Shown: positions 47,515-57,400 of the stretch, piece by piece
Numbering within the stretch: the first letter of the stretch is position 1
Layout of the letters: each line of letters starts with the position of its first letter
Source: a virus
Virus record (IMG/VR): IMGVR_UViG_3300033153_006968
Location: 1-64,000 of that record
Length of the DNA: 64,000 nucleotides
Reading direction: 5' to 3' (one strand)
Position numbers and translations under genes: made by a program
Notes under the pieces: generated by a model
Seen by the model: only the letters and a program-made list of their open reading frames with translations
The model's database searches: none
What the model was told of the DNA's origin: nothing

Positions 47515-48273
47515 TTAAACTCTTGTCTTCGCGAAAAAACTATAAGATTCTTGTACCGGATTTCCATCTATTTCTATTCGTTGCGCAGTTCCCACTATAT
47601 ACACATCTTCTAATTTTATTATTGTATGGTTAGCTCTATTATCTCCTGCAAAATCTCCATAAGAAATAAAAATATCAAAAGGATTAAGATCTACGTCATC
47701 TGCACGTCTATTCTCGTTCAGTAATTGTTCTTCAGAAGGACCCCAAACTTTATCTTCAAAGTTTTCAAATAAACCCTCTGCTCTACCTACGCTATTTTCA
47801 GAAAGAGCCGCTCGTGCACGAGTACGAGAAGAAAAACCAGTTAAAGAAGCATAGCTATCTGCAAGAGCTTCTATATTCTTAGTCCTTTCATCAGGCTCTA
47901 TTTCTGCGTTAATCATTCTCTCTATATTCCTGCTAACTTGATTTCCCGAACTTGTCCAGGGATTATCGTCTAAAGGACCTTCCAGTCCTTTAATAAGCTT
48001 TTTATATCTAGCAAGAATTAGCCAGAGATAACCTGCTTCTTTAAAGTTGATAGAGAACTGACCCTGAACTATTATCTGCCCTTTAGATACTTGGCGGAAG
48101 AATTGATCTGCGTATCCATAAAGAGGTCGTCTATTCTGTTGAACTGTGAAGTTGAGAGAGGTAACTTCATCTACAAGCACATCTCCTATAAATAAAGCTA
48201 CCTGAGAAGAGGAGAAATATTCTACGTTATATACGCCTGGTTTAATGCCGTCAAAAGTAGTTTCGTCAGCCAT
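47515..48273 (-). CDS. Tail tube paralogue (tube initiator-like)
   Basis: YFSSSQVALFIG...VQQNRRPLYGY...KGQIIVQGQFSI...PFDIFISY, homologous pattern to 49477-50130. Confidence 0.7.
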   Translation of the reverse strand: MADETTFDGIKPGVYNVEYFSSSQVALFIGDVLVDEVTSLNFTVQQNRRPLYGYADQFFRQVSKGQIIVQGQFSINFKEAGYLWLILARYKKLIKGLEGPLDDNPWTSSGNQVSRNIERMINAEIEPDERTKNIEALADSYASLTGFSSRTRARAALSENSVGRAEGLFENFEDKVWGPSEEQLLNENRRADDVDLNPFDIFISYGDFAGDNRANHTIIKLEDVYIVGTAQRIEIDGNPVQESYSFFAKTRV

Positions 48274-49403
48274 TATCTATTAAGGAGAGATCTACGCACT
48301 CCTAACCTCTGAAGATAATCGTCATAATTTGCCTTATTTGTAAAGAGGAGTTTAGATCCGTCTGTAGGCAAACCTTCGTCATTAAAATGCATTCCTCTCT
48401 GATCTCGTTGTAATCCTATATTGCCCATGGACACCATAGGATCTACATCCCGCGCAACAAAATTAATTATTTCTTCTGTAAGAAGATCTTCAACAGAAAG
48501 AGTATATCCATCGTTCATAAATTCTACACCATAAATAGCCGCTTTAGAAAGACTGCCATACTCATTTGCAAATATAATAGTTAAATCGATTGGAGGTAGT
48601 TGATCTGCAAGAAGAGAAGATACTTGAGAGTCTACAGAGTATTTTGGATCTCCATACTTGTTCGCAGTGCTCCCCATAGCTCTTATTAATTGAGCAAGAG
48701 CATGTTCGTTAAACATAGTAAAAATCATACTTCCCGCGATCGTACGATGCGTTCTTGTCCATCCTTTTACGTTAGCCATCCCAAAGGCCCTAACTGGATT
48801 CTTCTGCCTGTGAGACTGGATAGATATAGTCTGAAGTGTAGCAAGGACGAGAGTAGAAGACGCACTTTTTTGTAAGTCGTTTAGCTTCTTCAATTTAGAA
48901 GTTATACCATCCCTGATACTCGTCAAATATAGGATATCGTCTTCCATCGCCTTGATGGTTTTTTCCCCCGTTGTATCATTTTGCCAGCTGTTAAAGTACG
49001 TACTGAACCCAGACGCTCCGGGGTCAGACATAGAGCTAAATCCTCCACCCTTTAAAAAGAAATCTAAACCAAGAACTCCATTCTCAGCAATCTCGGCCAA
49101 TAACCCAGGAAATCCTCCGCCACTACTTTTTCCAGTGAAAGAAATTAGTCCATCTATTAATCCATTTAAATCTCTTTCTTGATTATTTAGATAGTCAAAC
49201 TCTATATTAGATGTTACTTCTCCATACATATGGGCAACAACTTTTATATCCGCGCCGGAATAGGAACTTCCTAACCAATTAATCTTAAGAGACTGATCCT
49301 CTCTGCCAGGGAGAGTACTCTCAAGATCTGCCACCTCTACAGTATTAGCCTCAACCTGATTGATGTCCGACTCTTGTTCGTTAGGATAATTCTCGTTAGC
49401 CAC
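48273..49403 (-). CDS. Tail tube paralogue with ~125-aa insertion
   Basis: YSGADIKV...[insert]...LQTISIQSHRQKNPVRAFG...RTIAGSMIF...DQLPPIDLTIIFANEYG; GTG start. Confidence 0.75.
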   Translation of the reverse strand: MANENYPNEQESDINQVEANTVEVADLESTLPGREDQSLKINWLGSSYSGADIKVVAHMYGEVTSNIEFDYLNNQERDLNGLIDGLISFTGKSSGGGFPGLLAEIAENGVLGLDFFLKGGGFSSMSDPGASGFSTYFNSWQNDTTGEKTIKAMEDDILYLTSIRDGITSKLKKLNDLQKSASSTLVLATLQTISIQSHRQKNPVRAFGMANVKGWTRTHRTIAGSMIFTMFNEHALAQLIRAMGSTANKYGDPKYSVDSQVSSLLADQLPPIDLTIIFANEYGSLSKAAIYGVEFMNDGYTLSVEDLLTEEIINFVARDVDPMVSMGNIGLQRDQRGMHFNDEGLPTDGSKLLFTNKANYDDYLQRLGVRRSLLNR

Positions 49404-49415
49404 TCACATCTCTCC

Positions 49416-49454
49416 AAAAAAAATAGGCAGGGCCAGTAAGTACCAACCCTGCCT
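49416..49454 (-). terminator. Rho-independent terminator after the major tail tube gene
   Basis: AGGCAGGG-TTGGTACTTACTGG-CCCTGCCT hairpin followed by A and eight T. Confidence 0.85.
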
Positions 49455-49476
49455 TATATTCTATCACAAAGCTCTA

Positions 49477-50130
49477 TTAACTTTCAGCTGAAAGGTTAAC
49501 TTTACCAACTGGTCTCCAAGGAACTAGAGTTCTTGCTACATAAGTATTCTGCATTTCTGAAACAATATCGTCAATAGAAACGCCGTAACCTTCATTGAGT
49601 AATTCTATACCGAATATACGCATGACGGCAAGTGAACCGTATTCATTTGCCGCAGCGAGAGTAACGTCGAATGGAGGGATTTGATCAGAGAACCAAGGAG
49701 CAGCAGGAACTTGATCACTATCAACGGCAGTAATATTAGTCTCTGCTACCTGCACAGAAGCCGCAGCTGCTGCAGGGTTAGCAAGCGTAACTGAAGATAA
49801 GTCTTTGGTTACGTCAGCAGAAGGTCTAACATCGTCAATATCTGACAAGAAGAGCAGACGCTGATTAGCTTCAGGTTGCTGATCTCCAAAAGTAGAAAGA
49901 AGAGCATGTCTATCGAACATGATAAAGATAAGAGTTCCAGCAATTCCTCTCTTACCGCGTGAGAATGCCCGAGGATCAGCAGAGCCCATTGTATAAATAG
50001 GTGCTTTCTCTCGACTAACACTATACGAAATAGCTTGGAGTTCTGCAATTACCTGGTTGCCAAAGACACCCTTGATATCAACTCCAGAAAAACTGTTATA
50101 ACCTTTTGCAAATAGAGAAGTCTGAGCCAT
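49477..50130 (-). CDS. Major tail tube protein
   Basis: Follows sheath; SFSGVDI...LQAISYSVSREKAPIYTMG...RGKRGIAGTLIF...DQIPPFDVTLAAANEYG; strong AAGGAGG RBS. Confidence 0.8.
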   Translation of the reverse strand: MAQTSLFAKGYNSFSGVDIKGVFGNQVIAELQAISYSVSREKAPIYTMGSADPRAFSRGKRGIAGTLIFIMFDRHALLSTFGDQQPEANQRLLFLSDIDDVRPSADVTKDLSSVTLANPAAAAASVQVAETNITAVDSDQVPAAPWFSDQIPPFDVTLAAANEYGSLAVMRIFGIELLNEGYGVSIDDIVSEMQNTYVARTLVPWRPVGKVNLSAES

Positions 50131-50144
50131 TTATCTATTCCTCC

Positions 50145-52058
50145 TTATACCGCAGCCAGTCCGACTGTAACGACGATTTCTCTCAACTCGAATGCGGGAA
50201 CAAGCTTAAGCTGAACAAACGCCTGACCTAGAACACGTTGAGCTGGAGTAGCGGTAACTCTCACCTCATATCTCTGCAAGTCTTGATTCGTAACACGTTG
50301 TTTGCATTTGTTGTCACAAGCAGTTTCAAGAGCTGCAAGTTTAATGCCTGTGATGCCTTCTCCTAAGAAAGGTTCGCCTACTTCGCGAATGTCGTCAATA
50401 ACTGCCTTTACAATGCGAACAGTAGAGAGTCTACGATAGTCGCTGTCCGGACGTGCGGCAGTAGGAGCGTCACTTACAACGATACCTTTAATTTTCTTAT
50501 GGAAGGTAACATAACGAAGACCGGCAAGAAGATCAAGCTTCGCAGTACCAATACGGAACGGAAGAGAAATACTCTTGAGAATCTTGTTAGTAGGAGCACT
50601 CGACGGAGGTAGACCTGAATAAAATCCACCGTAAGTAGCAGCGCCAGTTGCCATATAAGAAGTAGCGCGACTTTGGTTAGCAAGAATCGGATAGGTAGCA
50701 ACTACATTAATATACTTACCAATATCGATAAGATGGTCATTATCGTCAGTTTGCTGGGTTCCATCCATAAATCCGTCGTCAGTTGCGGCAAATCCGCCGG
50801 CATAAAGACCATCTACACCATTTATAATATGGCCAGCAAGACCACCTGAGCTAACTCGACCAGCCATGAACTTGTTACCAAGCAGACCAGTTCCGTTAGT
50901 TGTAATAATAGTATTACCGTTTGCGTCTGTACTAGTAACTGGAACAGTGCCAATCCAAGCTTTTACTTGAGCAGGAGAACGACCATCTGCAGGTTTAACT
51001 CCAATGGCGCTAGTCATCTCGGCACTCTGTTCGCTCTGGCGATAGCAGAAGTCAGCAAGCTGATAAGCAAAGTTAACTTCATGGAAATCGTCAGCGTCTA
51101 AAGCTGTCCCGTCAGTCTTAGTTGTCGAAGAAGCAGAGCCAGCACTCGGAGAAATATTTGCCGCAGCGAAAGTAGGATTGGTAGGATCGTTCGGGAACCA
51201 CCACCAGAAATATTGAGTTCCTAGATACTCTTCGGTATAGAACTTGCCAAGGACATCGTCGTCAGCACCAGCGCTTGCAGGATAGTCAGAGAGGGCAGTA
51301 AGGCCGCGATCGTTAATCTGGCCAGTAGTTAAGTCCATGACATTCAGATCATCAAGATATATATTCATAGGAAGAACTACATCAAGATCTTCGTCTGACA
51401 TAAAGTCATATGCTCGCCAAAGACCTTCGTAAATCTTCGTTCGACATAGAGCACCAGCTCCAGTAGAGCTATTTGGTACACCGTCAGTACCTGCTGTATA
51501 TACGGCAGGACCATCGCCGTCTGCGTCGGCCGCAGCGAGAGTGATAGGAGTTGAAGAAGTTCCTATATCTGAAACTGAACCAGTAGTGCTACCGCTTACA
51601 GCTACTTCGCCATCGTCGATAGCGCTCAGCGGATAAGCAGGATTGTTGTCGTAAATTACTTCGTCATCACTTGCTCTATAGACTCGAAGTCGTCCAGTGG
51701 AAGCTTCGAAAAAGATTAAATAATCAGTACCAGCAGTTGTATCCTTAGAGATAGTTTCTACTGTAAATCCAGTACCATCGCCGACACCAGAAAGAGTTGC
51801 AGAAGTAGCTCCAATACGGAAAAGTTTCAGATTAAGCGCACCGCCGATAATAGCTTCATACATACCTCTGATAAGAGTTCCTGTAGAGCCAAAAGCAGCT
51901 GCAGCGTCTGATGCTTTATCTACGCTGTATAACGTCTCTGAGTCACCACTTGCAGCTGTTCCAACAACACAAACTACAGGATTATCATTCCGCTGTACGA
52001 TAGTTAAAAGACCATCAATTTTATTAGTTCTGACTTCTGCAAGATTTTCAAAAGACAT
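50145..52058 (-). CDS. Contractile tail sheath protein
   Basis: VVGTAASG N-terminal motif; C-terminal SDYRRLSTVRIV...PFLGE...LVPAFELREIVVTV sheath signature. Confidence 0.88.
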   Translation of the reverse strand: MSFENLAEVRTNKIDGLLTIVQRNDNPVVCVVGTAASGDSETLYSVDKASDAAAAFGSTGTLIRGMYEAIIGGALNLKLFRIGATSATLSGVGDGTGFTVETISKDTTAGTDYLIFFEASTGRLRVYRASDDEVIYDNNPAYPLSAIDDGEVAVSGSTTGSVSDIGTSSTPITLAAADADGDGPAVYTAGTDGVPNSSTGAGALCRTKIYEGLWRAYDFMSDEDLDVVLPMNIYLDDLNVMDLTTGQINDRGLTALSDYPASAGADDDVLGKFYTEEYLGTQYFWWWFPNDPTNPTFAAANISPSAGSASSTTKTDGTALDADDFHEVNFAYQLADFCYRQSEQSAEMTSAIGVKPADGRSPAQVKAWIGTVPVTSTDANGNTIITTNGTGLLGNKFMAGRVSSGGLAGHIINGVDGLYAGGFAATDDGFMDGTQQTDDNDHLIDIGKYINVVATYPILANQSRATSYMATGAATYGGFYSGLPPSSAPTNKILKSISLPFRIGTAKLDLLAGLRYVTFHKKIKGIVVSDAPTAARPDSDYRRLSTVRIVKAVIDDIREVGEPFLGEGITGIKLAALETACDNKCKQRVTNQDLQRYEVRVTATPAQRVLGQAFVQLKLVPAFELREIVVTVGLAAV

Positions 52059-52082
52059 TCTATTCCTCTCCTTCTTAACTCT

Positions 52083-52793
52083 TTATCGAGCAGACATGGT
52101 TAAATTAATATAGATTTCCTCAAGCGCTCTTTCGCTTAACATCTTTATTTTCTCATTTCTCACAAAATAATCAAGGGGCCTTCCATACCATTTTTGACTA
52201 TCTTTTTCAAGAACTTTATCTGCCCCGCGCTCATAAAAAATTGTTCTATCTACTCCTTCAGCTTTGAACCACCAATCATACTCAAACATAAGATTCATAA
52301 GCCAATCAACTCGTGAATTAGCCGCCTTATTAGTTTGTGCCCAGCACGTTAATCTAACAATACTGTCAGTCCAATATCCAAGAGTGGCGACTTTATAACC
52401 TGGAGTATCAGGATCGTCAACCTCTTCTCTAAACATAAACCTAAGATTCTTAACTCCTCCTTCCATAGGAGAGCCTTGAGAGAATGAGCCAGGGACAGAC
52501 TTGACGCAAGACACAGATATAACTTCTGTACTGAGTTTCTTGTCAGGCATTTCTTCCGTAAAGATAACCTTTTCTGCATCGGGAGTATTAGCTCTAGTCT
52601 GATAATCGTCTACTGCTCGTTTGAATAAGGCATACACGTCTCTAAGTGAATGGAGAGCAATTTTAGGAGTTCTTAGTCGCGGCTGCTGGTGAGAAGTGTC
52701 TCTATCGAAATAACTCTGATAAAGCTGAGTAACGTGTACTCTCCGATTATCCTCTTTTAAGTCTTCATCAAGAATATCTTCTAATAATGTCAT
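52083..52793 (-). CDS. Tail completion/terminator protein
   Basis: Position before sheath; VRLTCWAQTNKAANSRVDWL pattern. Confidence 0.55.
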   Translation of the reverse strand: MTLLEDILDEDLKEDNRRVHVTQLYQSYFDRDTSHQQPRLRTPKIALHSLRDVYALFKRAVDDYQTRANTPDAEKVIFTEEMPDKKLSTEVISVSCVKSVPGSFSQGSPMEGGVKNLRFMFREEVDDPDTPGYKVATLGYWTDSIVRLTCWAQTNKAANSRVDWLMNLMFEYDWWFKAEGVDRTIFYERGADKVLEKDSQKWYGRPLDYFVRNEKIKMLSERALEEIYINLTMSAR

Positions 52794-53356
52794 TATCCAC
52801 CTGGCCCATTAAGAAATTTTACATCTTCTTTATATGTAGCTATCTTGTAATATTCAAGTCTTCCATTGTCGGCACGAAAATCAAAAAGAGTATTAATTCT
52901 ATACACCGCTGTTCTACGCAAAGGCTTTACTTTTTCACCAGCAGTATTTAAATTTAACTCAACTATCTTATCCGCCTCTGTAATAACTTCGGAATAATCA
53001 GCATAGAATAAGACAACAGGAATATTCCATAGAGAAGGAGAGGCTAGTTGTTCCTTGAGGGCATTTCCTACATCGCTCTTGATAATAACTTTATATACGT
53101 CTAGAAATATTTCGTCCCAATAATAGCCATCCCCAAAACAAAATCCACAAAAATGATCCTTATCTGGTTCTCCAGTCACATCATCTACGCAAGCACAAGC
53201 TGTGAGTCCACCACTATCTGTCCTGCGCATTCTACGAAGAACAGCGGGTATCTTTTTAGATATCTCCGGATATGAACCTTGAAGGAAATTAGTCATCTCA
53301 TCTCTGAGGCTAATCTCAGTACGGGTTATTCCTTTATAAAAATTATTATTGGGCAT
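52793..53356 (-). CDS. Neck / head-closure protein with Zn-binding Cys motif
   Basis: CAC...CGFCFGDGY; position in neck region. Confidence 0.55.
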   Translation of the reverse strand: MPNNNFYKGITRTEISLRDEMTNFLQGSYPEISKKIPAVLRRMRRTDSGGLTACACVDDVTGEPDKDHFCGFCFGDGYYWDEIFLDVYKVIIKSDVGNALKEQLASPSLWNIPVVLFYADYSEVITEADKIVELNLNTAGEKVKPLRRTAVYRINTLFDFRADNGRLEYYKIATYKEDVKFLNGPGG

Positions 53357-53359
53357 TTA

Positions 53360-54343
53360 TTACCAAAAACGTTTCTTTGATTTGAAAACTCTTTCAAACC
53401 GCCGCGAAGGGGAAAGTTTATCTACATAGTTAGCGGCTGGTCTCTTATCTGAAATGCCAGATGAATCATTTGTAGGAGCCCACATTCTGTCTACAATAGG
53501 TCTATCGTAATCATACTCTCCTTTCACAACCCCTGTAGGCTGTTGAGAATCAAGAGCATATCCACCAGAGATAATTTGAGGTTCCCACTTTTGAATACAG
53601 TCTAAGATGCGGAGAAGAGTTCTTTCTATTGCATTTGTATCATACTCAACACGGAGATTATCTAGAGTTTTAGATTTTAATCCATGGCTAGTTATATTAT
53701 CAAGGAGAGTAAATGCTACTTTACAAGTTGTCCATTCCCGCCGCGCATGAGAGAAAAATGAGTCATTGCGAGTAAGCTGGAAGCTAAGTTGATCTACTTC
53801 TAGACTTGCTTCAAGAATTGCCAACTGGAGAGTAAAGTCAGATAAATCCTCAAGATAACTCCCTATTTCTAACCTTACCTTCCTTGAAGTTGTGTAGGAA
53901 GGAGAGGTTGTAGTAAGAAATTCAAAAGAATATCCATCAGTTAAATAGGTTCCATCAGTTGCCATGATTCCAGAAGAAAGAGTTACCTCTATTAAGTTGT
54001 TAACATAGAGCTGATCTCCAACTTCTTCTATATCGCCGGCGGAATAAACAGCAAAATTAAACTCTTCAGAAAGAACTTGTCCATTCAATATCCCAGACCA
54101 CGAATCTGTCCACGTACCTTCGGTAGCTGTACCAGGAACTTCATAAGAGTGTTCCCAGATACCCTGCCCTACATATACCACTTCGCTAGAAGTGCTGAAA
54201 ATAGCATTGGCTTCTTCAGAGGTATCGGCTCCAGGTTCGTAGATATGAAGCCAGACACCGCTAGCTATAGCAGGATCACCTAAATCGTCTTTAAATCTCG
54301 CGCGAAGATCAATTTCTTGACCGGCGATTACGTCTCTGGACAT
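53360..54343 (-). CDS. Head-tail adaptor with N-terminal Ig-like domain
   Basis: GQGIWEHSY.VP...GTWTDSW Ig-like part; YTT...VRLEIG...ASLEVD...KSKTLDNLRVEY adaptor-like part. Confidence 0.6.
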   Translation of the reverse strand: MSRDVIAGQEIDLRARFKDDLGDPAIASGVWLHIYEPGADTSEEANAIFSTSSEVVYVGQGIWEHSYEVPGTATEGTWTDSWSGILNGQVLSEEFNFAVYSAGDIEEVGDQLYVNNLIEVTLSSGIMATDGTYLTDGYSFEFLTTTSPSYTTSRKVRLEIGSYLEDLSDFTLQLAILEASLEVDQLSFQLTRNDSFFSHARREWTTCKVAFTLLDNITSHGLKSKTLDNLRVEYDTNAIERTLLRILDCIQKWEPQIISGGYALDSQQPTGVVKGEYDYDRPIVDRMWAPTNDSSGISDKRPAANYVDKLSPSRRFERVFKSKKRFW

Positions 54344-54401
54344 GGATAGACCTCTATAAAATTATAACCCGGATATTAAGAATTGCTATTATCGATTTTC
54401 G

Positions 54402-57400
54402 TTAACCGCCAACCATAGAACAGGTTAAACGAACATTGTCAACGGTGAAATCTGGGGTACCTACATCTATTGTTCTCATTGCAACCTGGATTGTTTGTCC
54501 TGCCGCTAATGCCATAATGCCCGTTCCTGTACTTGCCTGTTCTTGATTTACAAACTTAGAAGTAGTATGGCAGTGAGGAGAATCGGCCGCAGGTGCTGCT
54601 CCGTCAATTTCTATTCCGAATTCAATATGGTCATTCGCTGCATCAACTTCGTACGAGATATCAAATGTTACCAAATATTTCCCGGCATAAGTTACAGTTA
54701 ATAAACCATTACCATCATGCGTTACAAGGTTTAGGGAACCACTTATCATATCGGCGTCAACAACGTTATACCAAGTGTTTTGAACTGCAGACGCTTGTGT
54801 CCAACCAATATGATCTCCGTAACAGTAACCATATGGAACGCCTGCGCCTGCACCAGTATAAAGTACATCGCCAGCGTGTGTGGCACCAGCTGAATACATA
54901 TCTCCAGAAGCAACAATGTCTTCCGCGTGAAAATCAGTTAGAGCACTATCGTCAGCAAGTTTGCAATAAAGATCTTCGTTGCCTCCAGCAAGTGCAGAAT
55001 AATAAGCAGTATCTCCTCCAAATCGGAGCAAACTTTCATCATATACTACAACGTTCCCACCACTATCGACGTTGAAAATATCTTCGCCATCGCTCTTTTC
55101 AATGGCGAACAAATCTGCATTTTGAGAGCTGTTGCCGGTAATAGTTAGCTGAACTTCGTCTGCCGAACCAGTAATGGCAACTTTTCTATCGGCATAAAGC
55201 ATGCCGTCAACTTCAAGAGCATTTCCGCAAATAACATTGCCTGCAGCTAAGCTATGAGAAGTTGTGGCGGCATCCCCGAGATTCAACGCAAAGGAAAAAT
55301 TCGTTAAACGGATTCCGCCAAGACTCATATATCCGAAACCCCAATAATCGCTCACAAAAGCAACTCGTGCCCCACCAAAAGCAAGCTCAAGTTTATATTG
55401 GCCCTGAGAACGGATAAAGGAACCCGTATATAGATCTCCTCTAAACTGTGCATAACCGCCATCTTGAACGGCTAATCCATCATGTGCAAGTAGCTTCCCA
55501 GTCATTGCTCTAGTACCGTCTATTAGTAGATACTGAGAATGATCATCGTCTGCTAAACCGTCAAGCTCGCCATGGTCAGAGGATCCTTCTCCAGCACTAT
55601 CTAAATCTACCCAATCGGCTCCAGTGTAACCTTGAAAATTAGAACCGTCCCACTGAATAGTCCCGGCAGTTTCATTCCCTGTTCCGACCTGTATGCCGCC
55701 AGTAGAATACATATCTCCAGAAGCAACAAGATCTTCTGCGTGGAAATCAGTTAGAGCACCACTATCAGCAAGTTTGCAATATAAATCCTCGTTGCCTCCA
55801 GTAAGTGCAGGATAATAAGCAGTATCTCCTCCAAATCGAAGCAAGCTTTCATCATTTAATAAGAGATTTCCTCCAAAATAAGCATCTCCGCCCGCAAGAT
55901 AAAAAGCCCAAGAATCGTCTATAGTCATCTTAACCCCTGAAGCAGGGGCTGCATCTACATAAAAAGAAGAAGCGGTAGTAACGGTTGTAGGACTTGTTCC
56001 ATCTAGAGTAAGGGTTCCAACTCTAAATCCTGACTCAATAGGCCTGACAGGTCCTCCAATTGATAAGCTTTGATCGGGAATTGTAAATACATATCCAACA
56101 CTAGAGTTTAAATGGGGTCTCCAAGCTTCCAAACCTCCATAATGCGGAAGTCTCAAATTTAAATAATTATGGTTGTAGAAGTCTATGTCGTTTACATTTT
56201 GGACAAAACCATTAGATTTAAACTTAATAGCTCCAGTAGCACTATTGTCTTGGAATAATAGATTAACTCCCTTTCCTGAATTAGTGCCCGTATTTCTAAA
56301 AAATTTCACATCAAAATCTTCACCACTTTTCTTCTTCGTAAATGTAGTATCACCATCACTATCAATATTGAGAACATCCTCGCTGTCACTCTTCTCGATT
56401 ACAAATAGATCTGCGCTCTGAGAACTATTCCCGGTTATGGTTAGCTGAACCTCGTCAGCAGAACCAACAACGCCGACTCCACCAGTAAATGCGCGAGTAC
56501 CATCCACTAGAGAATATTGGAGATGATCGTCTCCTCCTAAACCAGTTAGATCTCCATGATCTGCAGTACTTAAAGCTACTCTCGAAACAGCTTCATTACG
56601 CCAATCTACATAATCGTCGCCTTCTTCCGTGGATACTATCCTTGCATTTACTGCCGAATCATAAGATACGTTAGTCTGGAATATGACAGTTGCTATTGGT
56701 CTAATTTCTGGAAAAAGCAAATCACCAAGAACAAGGGACTGTATCTCTGTTTTTGCGCCTGTCCTAGCCGCTAATTTAGTCAGATAGTCAACTTGTCCCA
56801 TGATAGCAATCATAGGTTTATCTTTTTCTGTAGTTGCGAATACATGATAAAGAACATACCGAGTACTGGCAACTTCTGTCAATTGCCATGCTCCACCAGT
56901 ATATTCGTTCCAAGCTAATCTTGTTGCTGAAGTTCCATCGTATGTTCTAACGCTAAACCCTGTTTCTGTATGTCTCTGCCATTCAGCGCTTGCGCCCAGC
57001 ATATAATATATGGGCAACCCAGTTGTCGAACTTACAGCGGCGATAGATGAGTATATATCTTCATCCGAAACAGAACCAGTATCAACTCCGAATTGAGCAT
57101 CTGCTGTAACTCCTGTACCATCTACGTTAACGGTATTTAATCCGAGACCAAATAAATATGCTAACCCTTGAACGAAATGAAGATAATTGTGAGTATTAGG
57201 AGACATACTATTCCCATGCCTCTCTTCGCCAACATAAATAGCTGTAGATGTAGATGTATCCCAATATAAGATACAGACAAGACATTTAGTTCTAATTACG
57301 GTGCTATAATCACTTGTTGTGGGATTAGCTAACGCAGTTAGAGTACTCCCGTCATAGTAAATTACATGAATGCCTTCTACGTCTGTTATCTGTACTGTAT

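Noticed and set aside
29766-52058. Extracellular contractile injection system or tailocin rather than a phage
   Set aside because: Neck/head-tail adaptor genes, a homing endonuclease, an RNAP-like protein and a 64-kb single-strand gene run fit a large phage; capsid genes are presumably outside the window but are not seen
54892-55855. 151-bp repeat pair as a DGR template/variable repeat
   Set aside because: Mismatches are not adenine-specific, both copies are in frame in the same gene, and no reverse transcriptase is present in the window
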